In this document: positions 40,881 to 53,359 of the stretch, one piece after another
Layout: each line of letters begins with the position of its first letter
Position numbering within the stretch: the stretch's first letter is position 1
DNA from: Felis catus
Lineage: Eukaryota
Assembly: GCF_018350175.1 (NCBI RefSeq)
Contig: NC_058368.1
Span: forward strand, 225,248,001 to 225,312,000
DNA: 64,000 bases
Direction: 5' to 3'
Notes under the pieces: generated by a model
What the model saw: only the letters and a program-made list of their open reading frames with translations
Told to the model about the DNA's origin: nothing
Database searches by the model: none
Made by a program: the position numbers and the translations under genes

Positions 40881-42050
40881 GGGAACAAGGCATTGGTGTC
40901 TTCCACCGCTTCTATTACTACATATTTGTTTCCCCACCTGTCCTGTCCCTTCTCTTCCTCCTCTCATGCACTATTCCCCTCCCCCCAACACTAGGAGGAA
41001 GCAGCGGGGCTCAATGACAAGAGGTCGTTGACCGTTGACCTACAAGGCAGTTTCGCGTACTTTTTGTACAAGGGGAATCCAGACACTCCTAGAAACAGAA
41101 AGGAGTGGTGTTCCCCTCTCTCCAACCAGAAACATGGCTGCCAAATGACCGTACAAAAACTCCCAAGTACAGTCATCGCCTCCTCTTCGGAAGCATTTTA
41201 CAAACTTCAAGATTTAACAAGTTAACGCCACTGCCCACAAACGCCACCCCCACGCCCTCAAGATTGGACTGTTTAATTAGGTAGGGAGATAGTTCGATAT
41301 GTTCTCAGAATCAGATTTAGATGCAAATGCCAATTAAACCTCGCACTAACCACTGTGCCTTCCGGTGTTCTGAAACATTTGTGTCAGCAGTTGGGTCATT
41401 TCTCTGCCAGGTAAACTATGCAAACAGTGGCTAACATGCCAGGGCCTGCTGGGTTTGCCACGCTCCGTGCAGCTAATGCGAACACTGTCTAAATGCCCTA
41501 AGGGTTTGGGTTGGGTTTTACAGATCTATCTCCCCCAGGTTACGCCCTCTTCCAATAGGAATCATGCCCTGCTCAAAACTGGCTTGAGCTTTTTTGACCC
41601 CCCCTTAGAAATAGCAGCAACATTTTTTGCAATATTACATCATTCTGGACTCCTTTGCCCTTTATCTGAGTTTCTTGGCTACCTCACTAGGCAGAAAGCC
41701 CAGCCAATGGGGATCAATACAGGCAAGGGGACTGCAAATAGTAGCTCCTGGACTGAAGAAGGCAAGTTAAAGGGGAGGCACGAGTCCATTTGTCCTAAGT
41801 GGCCAACCACTCCCTTGAACGATTACCTGTTCTCCTTAACCCTGTTGTAGTATTTGTTGCTGGAAGCAAGGATAAAGTCCGAGACTGTGTTACTATTCGC
41901 TGCACTAAAGTTCAAAGTGCACCAAAGTGATAGTTTGTGAGCAGGAAGGGCTCATCAACAGGGTTGTTTCGGTGACGAGGGGGGGGGGGGGGGCAATGTG
42001 AAGCCTACTGACATTTAGATACACTTTTTTTAAAAAAAAATCACCTTTTG

Positions 42051-42274
42051 GGGGCGCCTGGGTGGCTTGGTTGGTTAAGCGTCCGACTTCAGCTCAGGTC
42101 ATGATCTCACGGTCCGTGAGTTTGAGCCCTGCGTCGGGCTCTGTGCTGACAGCTCAGAGCCTGGAGCCTGTTTCAGATTCTGTGTCTCCCTCTCTCTCTG
42201 CTCCTCACCTGTTCATGCTCTGTCTCTCTCTGTCTCAAAAATAAATAAACGTTAAAAAAAAATTAAAAAAAAAA
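42051..42274 (+). mobile_element. CAN-SINE
   Basis: TSD aaaaaaaatcaccttttg. Confidence 0.95.
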
Positions 42275-45200
42275 TCACCTTTTGTTACATCCCCTGCACC
42301 CAGAATTAGTAGAAAGTTGAACGTAAGATCTTAGCAATATTCAAGAGAACTCTTTTCCCACTGAGTTTATTCCACTTAAACCTACAACTCTTACCTTAGT
42401 GAAATCATGGGTTACAATTCCACTGTATAGTTACTTCTCTCTTCGTGGTGGCCAGTTGGGGTCTCCTAAGATGACCACCCACCCAGGAGACTTTAGGACA
42501 GATGAAATCAAACCTAAGCTCTCTGCCTGGTGGAAACAAAACTAGTTGGAATCAAAATGGTGAAAGGGAATGGAGCGAGCCATTAATGTTTTTGACTCTT
42601 GCACCCATGAGACCTTCAATGAGACTTTCCGTTCATTAGTCAGCCATTGGATTGGATGAGGGAGAAGAGGAACGTTCAGATGTGAGTCACATGAAGAAAC
42701 ACACCTGGGAAACCATTCCTAATCACGTATTAACAACCTGGTGGTGAATATTGCTACAAACACCTGTTACTATTTGTCTGAAAACCAAACACTGGAAATT
42801 CTAGAACGAGGTTTCCAAAGTCCAGTTGGGTGAGCCCTGGGAATTCAAGTCTTGAGGTCTCAACAAAAGATCACCAGGGTTACTGAGGAAACCCTGGGTG
42901 CTACAGGAAACCTCCAGTCAACATGGTGTTATTCACTGGGGTTAGGTGATCACGAGAAGCCCCAGGAGCTATTGTCACCACCAACTGCTGAGATTCTTTC
43001 TTTTTTTCCTTAGGAAAATGAGTCATTCAGAGATTCCAGACCACCTTACTTAACCATATTATGTCTTCAGTAAATTCCCAAGTGGTCACGTCACCTTATC
43101 CTACCTTCCTGATGAAATAAATGCAGGATAAAGGAGGAAAGAAAGTGATCTCCCCCCTTCCCACCTACAGATCACGGATTTCTCTAGATTGTTCTTTCCC
43201 AGAATCATCTCAAATATGCCTGAGACAAATACAGACGCTGTTATTCTGTACTGACACAGCTGAGAACATAGGTAAAGGTCAAAGACAGCAAACATTCCTC
43301 CAGCCCCTACTGTTTTCAGGACAAGCTCAGAGAAGCGTATGACAGTACAAAGACACAAGACCTTTCTTCTAAATATCCCTAAGAAACAGTGATGTTCTTA
43401 CAGTTGCTACCTGGTTGCTGTTGCTTTCCTTGTTGATACATTATTTCCCCCAATTAGATTTGTTCCTGCTTAACTTGGCTGTTGAATTAGTCTCTGTGGT
43501 AATGGTGGTTTAAAGACCTGTCAACAGGTAATCAAATTCACTTTGCCAAGCAATCCAGGAAACTTGTAATTTAGAAAGCTCAACCAGGAAAGGCTGTTCT
43601 CTACCATCTATCTCTTCATAACCTTCAAGAAGAAATTTTCATTTGGATTTATTTGAGGACCAGGTTTCTGACCTACAGGACTATAAGACTTAAAAGCCGA
43701 CTAAAAACTGTGAAGTCACTTATTTACTGCAGGCTTCCCTGGAGAAAGATAAACTCATCGGGCTCATTCTCCACTTACTGAAATGTCCAAATAGGTCACT
43801 TTAAATATGAAATGAAAACCGTATCTCACCAAAACTAAGCTTACCGGCTTCTCCACATGCAAACGCGCATACAGCATTTACACTGCTCAAATAAGTTTTC
43901 AAGTCTGGCCAAAGTGTTTTCACAACCTCAGTACTTAATTACATTCCACTTTTAATGACTGCTGCAGAAACTTGCCGCACTTTGAAATCCTCTAAATCGG
44001 CCCAAACACTGTTAATGGCGATTGTAAAGAAAAAAGATGAAACCTCCTGCTTTATGCAGCTCTCAAACCAATAAGCCAGATAACATTCGTAATCAGCATG
44101 AAGGCTGCTGTCCATCCGTTCTCCACAGCACTGCTCACTGGGGCTTCCAAGAGACTCCTGAGTGAGTCTTGCTTGACTGTTCCACTCACACTGCAGCCCC
44201 CAAATTAGTGCAGAGCCAACTGGTTTTCTTCTCAAAGGAAACAAAATACCCCCAACCCTGCACCACTGCTCATTTCAGGAGGAAAACGCAGATACGACAC
44301 CAACATTTCATTTTACGAGTAAAGTTATTTTAATGCATGCCATAAATGCTCTGGCATGTGAAGGAAGTCACGTCCTATAATGCAAGAAGAGAGAGACGTT
44401 GCGGGGGATAGATGGCACGTAGAGAAAGCAGGTGGTACCTGGAGACAAGGGGCTCACGTGGTCTGTCGAAGGCGGAAGAGGTTCCTTCTGCAGAGGAGGG
44501 GAGAGAGGGCAGCAGCGAGAGACATACAGGATGCAGAGTACACTTTCACAAAATGGTACCAGGTTAAAAGAATGGCAGGAATTTAAGTTGCAGACATTGA
44601 GTAAGAGTCTGACTCAATTCCACATAAGGGAGAGGCGGCAGGAGTGAGGCTTTATTGGGAAATAACCTGGTTTTCCACTCGGCCACTAACCAGCTCATGA
44701 GACCTTGAGTAAGCCACTGACTTTTCTAAGATCCTCTCGAGTTCCAAAATAAGTGTTTTCGGTCATGAGCTTTCAAACCTTCTGTTGGAATGACACGAGT
44801 TATTTACAGAAGACTGAGGTTGTGGTTAGGATGGTATTTAAAAGCAGCCACCAATTTTCTGTAAATGAATCCTGCCTGGAGGCAGAGCGAAAATGGGTTG
44901 GCAACGTTAGGACTTTAGTTTGTCTCTAATCAGGCAACCAACAACATAGCAGGAAGGGGGTCGAGTAGCATCGCTGATTAGTACCACGAAGGTAGGATTA
45001 CAGGTAAGGCATCTGAGTGATTACTTTCACTTGTGAAGTGCAATGAGGAAAGTGAAGGGGCCAACCAAAGCCACATTCATTCAGAGTCCTCATTAGGGGC
45101 AGTTGCCATCCCCCCCCTCCTCCCCCCTCCTCCCCCTTCCCCACCCCCTCGAAAAGGATGGCTGGAGGATATCAGTCCATATTCACTAGGATAAGAAGCA

Positions 45201-45479
45201 CTCCTAATCTACAGGTCGCTTAAGGTATTACTGATTGAAACATTTATTCCACATTGTATCTCTATGATAAACAACTTTTCATTGAAGAACTTAGTACAAC
45301 TCTCTCTATATGAACACTGAAGATCTTAATATGTTAGAAGGCTACCCATGTTATCCCATGTCCATTGGACATAAGATAAAATGGCCAAGGCTTATGGGAA
45401 ATACAGTGTAGTGCTGGACAGAACAGGGCCATCAGACATGGATCTGGAATATAGGACTTCCTATTAGCTCTACAATCTT

Positions 45480-45673
45480 TTCTCTTTTTTAATGTTTATT
45501 TATTTTTGAGACAGAGCATGAGTGGGACAGAGGGGAGAGAGGGGGACAGAGGATCCGAAGTGGGCCCCACACTGACAGCAGACAGCCCCATTCAGGGCTC
45601 GAACTCATGAACTGTGACATATGACCGGCACCGAAAATCGGGTGTTCAACCGACTGAGCCACCCAGGTGTCCC
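45480..45673 (-). mobile_element. CAN-SINE inserted in a MIR
   Basis: TSD tagctctacaatctt/tagctctgcaatctt; MIR-like flanks. Confidence 0.9.
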
Positions 45674-46863
45674 TAGCTCTGCAATCTTATGTGTATTACT
45701 CAACCCTCCATTTTTCATTTATTCATAGGCAAAATGCATCCTACAGTTTGTTTGAGGGGATAAAATTCAGTTAGAGTATAGGATGTACAAGAAATATTCA
45801 CAAATGTCCAATCTCATCCTGTAGCGTCTCTAGATTAAACCAAAACAAATCAAAACAAGCCTTCACAGAGGCAAGTTTTCAAAAGCTACAACACCCATAT
45901 CCAAAACCTCTTGGTAAAGCAAAATATAATTTCCCTCCTAAATCCGTAAGATTCAAAAAGCTGTTAAAAAAAAAAAAAAAAAAAGCTATTTAGAAAAGGA
46001 TTTAACCAAAATGGAAATGACTTTACCTTCACCCAACAGCAAAACTCAGTCTCCAGAAGGTAAAACACAAATCACCTTGGGCAGATCTTTGAATTAAATG
46101 CCTAAAAGGTTCAAACTGAATCTAGGACCGACCCCTCAAACCCAAATATCTGAAACTCCAAAGAACTTCCTTTTTTGTTTTTAAGAAGCCAGGCTGACTA
46201 AGGTGTCTACGGGGATAATCACATAATTCGGTCAACAGGTAACAATACCTTTACAGTCCCGCATAATTGAAGCTTCGGTTTTACTCCTGGCAACGGGGTG
46301 GTGGGGATGTGGTTAAGTGTATACCTTAGAATTTTAAATATCGAGATTGGTTTATACTAATCTTAGTACCAATGATTAAGACGCTCCTTTCAACTGCAAA
46401 CGAAGGCGTCTTGATTCAGGACACAACAAAACCGCGTGCTCTCAGGAATCTGAATGAATTATGTCTATTCCCCAGGTGATACAGTTTTTCCCTGATCTGA
46501 ACATATCTAAACAGTAAGCCTTTCTTTGAAGGTCTCTGAAATCCCAAGGACTTTCTTCCCCCCCCCCCCCCATTTTAATACCAGTTGTGGAGGCTGGGGT
46601 TGTGCTGATTTACCCACTCTGGGCTTTTGAAACCAGTTAAGGGTCCTGGCAACATGTTCAAGGTATCATAGCTATACCTGGAGGATGTTTCTAAACCACG
46701 TAGTTCTGTGTTCTACCAACTCCTGTCCAAGGCGCCACCGTCAGCTTGTTTTGCGATGATGGCCTCTTTGAAACAAGCGTGTAAGTCACTAACACCGAGC
46801 ATGAAGTAAAGAAACCTGGTTCTTTCACCACTTTATGGTGCATGTGCTTTACAAAGACTCGCA

Positions 46864-46988
46864 GAAGCGCCTCGGTGGCTGAGTTGGTTAAGTGCCCGAC
46901 TCTTGATTTCAGCTCAGGTCATGACCTCACAGTTCCTGAGTTCGAGCCACGCTGGGGCTGTGCAATGGCAGTGTGGAGCCTGCTTGAG

Positions 46989-47033
<45 letters not shown>

Positions 47034-47108
47034 ATCTCTCTCTCTCTCACTGCCTTCCTCCCCCACTCGTGCTATCTAAATAAATAAATAAAACGGATTT
47101 TAAAAAAA
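46864..47108 (+). mobile_element. CAN-SINE with an expanded (CT)n
   Basis: Long TC run 46991-47030; TSD-like aaagactcgcaga/aaagacatgcaga. Confidence 0.92.
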
Positions 47109-47129
47109 GACATGCAGAATATGGAGGCC

Positions 47130-47320
47130 GTGTTGTAAGTGTCTGACAATTTCACTTAATCCTTACAAAAACTCTAGACTGTAATCCCCATTTTAGAGAT
47201 TGAGGCACAGAAGCGAAGCAATTTGCCAAAGGCCACACAGCTCGTAAAACGGTTGAGACAAGATTCTTCAGCCAGGGAATCTGGCCCCGAAGTCCAATTC
47301 TACCACACCTAGCCCTCCAA
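47130..47320. mobile_element. MIR
   Basis: atccccattttagag...tgaggcacaga...aagcaatttgccaaaggccacacagct. Confidence 0.75.
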
Positions 47321-48635
47321 ATCATGCTTTTCTAAATACCATAGTCCCTACACAAGGTACAAACAATGGCTGAAATCTATTTATTTCAAAGAGAAGTTTA
47401 AAAAACACACCAATGAAACCCAGTCCTCTCTAAAATGAAGGGGAAAAGTCAATTCAGAAACAAGTTCACAAAATGTTTAAGTGATAAGAAGGAAATATTG
47501 CGTAAATGCTTTGCCTGCCCCACTAAACGCCATTTTTCTCTATTATCTTGAGAGGTTTCCTTATGCCCTGGGCCCCTGTTTGTGCTTGCAGATGGTTTCT
47601 ATTTCTAAATCTCTAAAGCTTTCAGGAATTTATTCCTAGACTTTGAAACCTGCCCACTTGCAAACCTCCCCTCACCAACGGCCTTGGCACGTCAAAAAAC
47701 TCTCTACTGCCTTTGGAAAGCCTGATTTTTAAAGCTATTTAAGTTCTCAGGTTGCAGAAGAAGGAAAAGGCACTATGAGTCTCTCTGTGTCCATGCCACC
47801 CCATTCCCGACTTCCAGAGGGAAAGACAGAATGCGGTTTAATCAATGTCAAGGCTTGTGTCTTCTCATATTTACACTTTAACTGTATCCCGGTAAGAATT
47901 TGATTCTGTGTGGTCACCTCTCACTCTTGATAAGGTTCGCTGGACAATCTTCTCATAGGACACTTACCTAGATGTCTGTCTTTAATAGTGGTGTAGGGAA
48001 TGGTATTTAGCAAAAAACCTTCCTTTGGCTGGCTGGGAGCTTCCGTGGTTTTAGAACTATCCCTGTATTTTCTCAAAAGAATTTAAATGCCACCTCTTGA
48101 GTTATATAAGCAGCCATGGGAAATTCAATGAGCGTGGCTACCCTGGCTTAATTCAATCCACTTTGGGGCAAATTCCCAGGGTCTCATTAAATCTCAGATA
48201 TGTACATGTATGAAGACAGTAGTTGGGAATTACGATATTTGAGCAACTTTGAAATTGAAATATCCAATTTCTAACTGAATACACTGAACCCCTCAGGTCT
48301 TGATTAATCAGCATGGAACAAAAATACGGCTCAATATACAGAAACTAATTAGGGATGTCAATCACATGGACTGCGTTGCAACTGCAGACTGAGAGGTCAA
48401 GAAGCCACCAAGAGCCAGCCACCGTGCCTGTGCGCTTTTTAGACTTACGCGTGGTCCTTATCGTGGCAAGAAAAATAAGAATTATCATCCCAATTTTACA
48501 ACTGAAGAAAGTGAAATTCAGAGAGGTTTGAATAATTTGCCCACAGTGGTTTAACCAGTGTCTAGAGATTTTTCAAACCAAGTTACTTTCCGCTGTGTCT
48601 TAGGAAGCCTCCCCAAAATGCACTATTTTCTCTTA

Positions 48636-48666
<31 letters not shown>
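48636..48666. repeat. (TAAA)n microsatellite
   Basis: Tetranucleotide run. Confidence 0.9.
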
Positions 48667-49434
48667 ACAACAATTCTGACTATTCACAACCTCAAAGCTA
48701 TCTCCTGATTATTTATCTACCATAATTAAGCCAAAGAGTAAAGTTCACGTTGTATGGGGTTATCTAAAGAACTGGGATAAATGGAAAGGATCCAGTTGAG
48801 TCGAGAAACCTTGATGAGATGAGAGATTCTGCACCCAATTTCCCAAGAACTTCAACTTGTCTATACACTCAGTGTTCCCTTAGCAGTTACCTGGCTTCCA
48901 GTTCACCAGCTAAAACGATCATGAAGAAGATGTTAACCTTTTGATAAAAGAAAGTGAAAAATGAGCAGGTCAACTACATGGAAGAAAGAGGAAGGCCCCA
49001 GCGAATCAGAGCATTTCTTTCAACAGAACCAGACACCAAAAGCAATTACTTCTGACACACAATAGTTGACAGGCCTTTGGGGGATGTTTTTCAAAACCAA
49101 ATTGTACAAGAGATCAGAAAAAGAAGCCAGAACAAGTTTACAAATCCTTTATTTAGTAAGCATTGTTTATTACAACTTTTAATGTTCACTAATGCTCCAT
49201 GTGAGTTCGGAAGCCTGTAAATGAACATCTCAATTTAAGATGCTCAATTCAATTCATTGGTTTTACCCTGCTAGGCACTGGGAATGGGCTTCTTCGGACA
49301 CTAGCTGGGCTCCCCCTTTTACCTACGTATTTAGAAAGACCAAAAATGGATCATTTTCCAAACGTCAGTATGAAGCACTGTACAATAACTAAACTAGTTT
49401 AGTTTCATATCATTAATAAGATTTTATTTTATAG

Positions 49435-49502
49435 CATGTGTACATATATATACATATGTGTATATGTGTGTGTGTATATGCATATACACATGTGCATATA
49501 CA
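49435..49502. repeat. Mixed alternating purine-pyrimidine (TA/TG/CA) tract
   Basis: catgtgtacatatatatacatatgtgtatatgtgtgtgtgtatatgcatatacacatgtgcatataca. Confidence 0.85.
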
Positions 49503-51300
49503 GGACACCGCAATTGCTTTAAAAATTAGGTTTGGATTTTGCAAGTTTTTGCAAAACGACCGTGAATAACACAGGCATCCATTTTACAGTGGCCAAATCT
49601 CCCCCACACGTAGTGAGTTTTTCATACTCTACTTATCGTGACCGTGGAATAAAAATGGTTTTTAAATTGTTCTTAATGTGAATTTGTTTTCAAAAACACA
49701 AAAGCCAAAGAGAACACATCACATCTTAGACTATAACATGGTTTGTTCTGGCAAATCCAGTAAGATTAGAAAGATGCCTCCAAGGACAGAGTGGAAGCCC
49801 TCAGGGCTCTCGCAGTGGACATTCAAATTAGGGTGACCCAGCAGGAGAGAAGGTTCTCCCCAGCATGCCATAATGCAGAGGATGAGCAAAGTTAAAGGCA
49901 AAAATGCCACTGTCTGCTATGGTTATTGTTGGCGCATTTTGTCCAAAGGCCCATTAGCTCCTTTGCTCCACCTGCTAAGGACTGCCAAAAAAAAACGAGC
50001 CAGATAAAAGAATAAGGTAACTGATTATTTTTTCAAATTCAGCTTAAAAATGTTCTCGCTGAAAAACCCATGACTCACTGAATTGGGGGCATACTGGAAT
50101 ACACTTGCTATCAAATCCCATCTATATTCTAACTCACCTCTCCCTCAAAAACATAACCTTAAGGAAAAAAGAAAAGGAAAAAAAAAAAAAAAGATAGCCC
50201 TCTAAACCATAATAAGCTGCTCAATACTAAAGACTAGAGACAGTACCAGCCCTATCAAGTACACACCCTCATCTATTAAACGTGGTCAATATCAATATCC
50301 TTTTATTAAAAGGAACAAAAGAGAAGACTTCCATTTTCCTGCCACATGCTGTCCTATCAGGGTGTACTAAGGATACTTAAACATAAATTCTTTTAATTAT
50401 AACGGGCTATTGCAAAAATACAGTATTTAGCTATTTTATATCCATAAGTCACCTTTTGGATGGTAGAATAAAGAAGCCCAAAAAGAAATCTAAATGACCA
50501 TAATCTGGTTATTACATCATTGTTAAGAAAATCGGCACCAAAGGTATATGTATCATGGCTTCTGCTGGAAATTGACCAAAAAAAAAAAAAAAAAAGGAAG
50601 CATTATGAATTCAATCGACCATCTTCACCCCTGCAGCCCCAGTAGCCTTCTTCCTTCTTCCTGCCCTATCAGTGATCTGCATCTCTGTGGGGTTGGCCTT
50701 TTGGGGTCCCTAGTAAAACAATGAGGCAGGAATCAAGAGAAAACACAGGGTTAGGATTCTGGCAAGGTAACCATTTTCTCTGCCTTGGGTTTTGTAGGCC
50801 ATCTTGTTCCTATAAACGCCAGAATGTCTTAATTTCTCCCAAGTAGTGACACTAGGGGCAGATAGCCACTGTTAGTTTTGAGGCCAATGTCCCTTAATGA
50901 AAGGACCAGGAGCAAAAATCTGTCAAATGGTTAATTGATGCAAATCGAGGGCCACCATCACTGCGGTGCAATATGTTGCAGAAAAGAGAACAATGGACAG
51001 TACTAGAAAAGAGCAGTATTCGGTCATTAAAATATTTAATCCACAGTTTGCTCTCATCACCAAGGATAATCTTTACTTTTCGTCAAGTGAGATCGCTAAG
51101 AAAGCAAAAGATGAAAGATAACCTGGAAAAGAAGAAACATACACACAGAGGAGATAAAAGAAAAACTGTCATTTGGGTCCAAGGATTTCACGCAACATTT
51201 AGGGCAAACGCCTTTGTTCCTCGGCTTCGGAAGGGAGTGGGTGGGTGGGTGATGGAGAGATCAGATGGGGCTGCCGGGGCCCTCCACACCCTGCTCTCCG

Positions 51301-51310
51301 GCGCATGCGC
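51301..51310. promoter_or_regulatory. NRF1 motif
   Basis: Palindromic GCGCATGCGC at the intronic edge of the CpG island. Confidence 0.5.
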
Positions 51311-52682
51311 GAGGCCAAGACAAAGGAATAGGTAATTACAGTCCCGATTCATTCATTTTGCCCGCAGTGCCAAGGATCTGCTAGCCCTGGCTGGAATCCC
51401 GGGGAGGCCGATCCACACCCCTACAGCAAAACGACCACCTCGATGCTACGGTTGGATTTTAACCCGCGAGGTAGTGGCCTCGAGGGAGATCGAGGTGTGT
51501 CAACCCCGTTCAAAGGCACTAAAATTGCACCCCTGAGCGCTGTGCTGATTTCAGCAGGGTGAAAATTACACAGGCACAGGCTGTCCAAGGAGTTCGTTTC
51601 AAGGCGGAAATGTCTCTGGGGAAGCAGATAAGGAGCTCAGCCGAGCATTCGATGAATATTCATGAAAGAATGCGGTTTGTAGCCGCGCGCTGTGTGTGCG
51701 GTCGCATCCAGGGACTCCGCATTTTTTTTTTTTTATTTGTCGGGGGAGGGGGAGGGGGGGCGTGGGGACGGAGACAGGAACCGGGCGTCGGGTTTCAGCG
51801 TTAGCGCTTTCGGCAAGACCTGCTGAACCCCAAACCTTGGCTCACAGCGGAGCCGGGCCGTGGGGAGACCGCGCGCTGTCAGGTCCGCGCTCACACTCTC
51901 CCGGCCCGGGCCGCGAGGGTGGAGGCGAGGCGCCCCGGGCATCTCTGCACCGAAGCCTCGCAAAATAATAAAATGCTCCGAGATGGCCCACAGGTTAGCG
52001 GGAAGGCAGTTCGGCCACGTCCGAGGCGGGGGGGAGGCTGTGATCCGCTCAGAGGTGCTTCGGCGGGCACGTTGTCGTGTGAACCTCGCATTCCTTGGCC
52101 ACCGCAGGCCAGGATTCAGGAGTCCCCCGGGGTCAAGGAAACCCATTTGCTGAACCAAAGAGCCACCTCCTTCCTTGGGATCACACCAGATCCCCGTGTT
52201 CTTTCTCCCCCTACTCCCGCCCCACCCCACCCCCACCCTCCATCTCTCGCTGCTGCGCCCCTCTCTCCCAGCGCTCCCTCCCGGGCTGCGACTGGTTCCG
52301 ATGACAGATACGCTCCCTTCCGCCCCACAAAACCGTCTCCTCGGGACTCGGTGCGTTTAAAGGGTTTCCCATTCGGCAATTTCCTCCTTCACGAGCAGCT
52401 GGCTCCCGCTCGCTACCCACCCCGCATCTCCCGTCTACCAGACTCGCCACCCCCGCACCTTCCCACCCCGCGAGAGGCTGAAGCCACCCACTTCGGGGGG
52501 CCCCCCCATCACCCCACATCCCCGAAGTGCGACGGGAACCTCGCGGAGGGTCCCCCGCGTTGGGCGCCGTCTAACGAGGCCCGCGGCGCCCCACGCCCCC
52601 GGCCGCGGCGCCGAGAGAACAAAGGGCCTCGAGGTGGGGCGGGGGCGAACGGAGGCCCCCGGGCTGCCGGCGCCCCGGGTCC

Positions 52683-52691
52683 GCGGGGGCG
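52683..52691 (+). promoter_or_regulatory. EGR1/WT1-type motif
   Basis: GCGGGGGCG about 30 bp inside intron 1. Confidence 0.35.
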
Positions 52692-52870
52692 GCGGGGCCG
52701 CCGGGGCGCGCCTCCTTACCGGCTCTGGGTGCCTGTGCCGGCCCTGGGTGAGCGCGGTGCCGCCGAGGGGCCCGGGTCGCAGGCGTCGTCCGGCCGGTGC
52801 CTGGCCGCTGGCGGAGGCTCTCTCCCCGGCTCGACGGCGGAGCCCGGAGCGAGGAGCGAGTTGGAGCGCT

Positions 52871-52920
52871 GCCGCCGCCGCCGTCGCCGCTGCCGCTACT
52901 GCCGCCGCCGCCGCCGCTGC
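52871..52920 (-). repeat. Interrupted GGC/CGG trinucleotide repeat in the 5' UTR
   Basis: + strand gccgccgccgccgtcgccgctgccgctactgccgccgccgccgccgctgc. Confidence 0.9.
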
Positions 52921-52931
52921 AGCCTCTGCAT
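52896..52931 (-). promoter_or_regulatory. Candidate upstream ORF MQRLQRRRRRQ* in the BASP1 5' UTR
   Basis: ATG at 52931-52929 and TAG at 52898-52896, very near the presumed TSS. Confidence 0.45.
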
Positions 52932-52944
52932 TTCTCGCGCTCGC

Positions 52945-53355
52945 GCTCCCCCTCCCCTTCCTGCCCAGCGCCCTCCCCCGGCGCGTCCGCCCGCCCAGCC
53001 TCCCTCCTCCCGCGTACCCCGCCCGCCTCCCTCCCCTCCCTTCCCCTCCATCCCGGGCCCCGCCCGCCTCCCCTCACCTCCCCTCCACCCCGTCCCCTCC
53101 CCGCGTCCCGGTGGTCCCCTTTCCCCTTCTCCTCCCCTCCATCCCGCTGTCCCTCCTGCCAGTCTCCATCTGCCCTGCACGCGGGCTTCCCACTCCCTCC
53201 CCACCTCCCTCACCCTACCCTACCCTCCTCTCCTTTGCCGCGCCCCCCCCCCAACTACCACACCCCGCGCCGCCTCCCCTCCCCCGCCGCGCCGGGGCTG
53301 TCTGCGGGCACCTCTCTCTCTCTCTTCTCCTCTTTTCTCTCTCTCTGTCTCTCTC
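52945..53355. promoter_or_regulatory. Pyrimidine(+)/purine(-) skewed proximal promoter with G-quadruplex and triplex potential
   Basis: Many CCC/CCCC runs and a CT tract at 53312-53355. Confidence 0.65.
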
Positions 53356-53359
53356 AGTC

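Larger units (their letters stand above)
1..52719 (-). other. BASP1: BASP1 intron 1 (partial; coding exon 2 outside the window to the left)
   Basis: Donor GT at 52719-52718. No MGGKLSKKKK coding exon appears in the window or the ORF track. Repeat-rich non-coding sequence. Confidence 0.8.
52720..52940 (-). other. BASP1: Non-coding exon 1 (5' UTR) of BASP1; TSS position approximate
   Basis: Minus strand reads GAGAAATGCAGAGGCTGCAGCGGCGG...GCGCTCCAACTCGCTCCTCGCTCCGGGCTCCGCCGTCGAGCC...GGCACCCAGAGCCG followed by donor GTAAGG. This matches my recollection of the mammalian BASP1 5' UTR. It sits in a CpG island with a very long downstream intron, as expected for the two-exon BASP1 gene. Confidence 0.85.

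Noticed and set aside
50848..50862. CTCF-like gacactaggggcaga
   Set aside because: G-run spacing appears one base short of the consensus core; too weak to call
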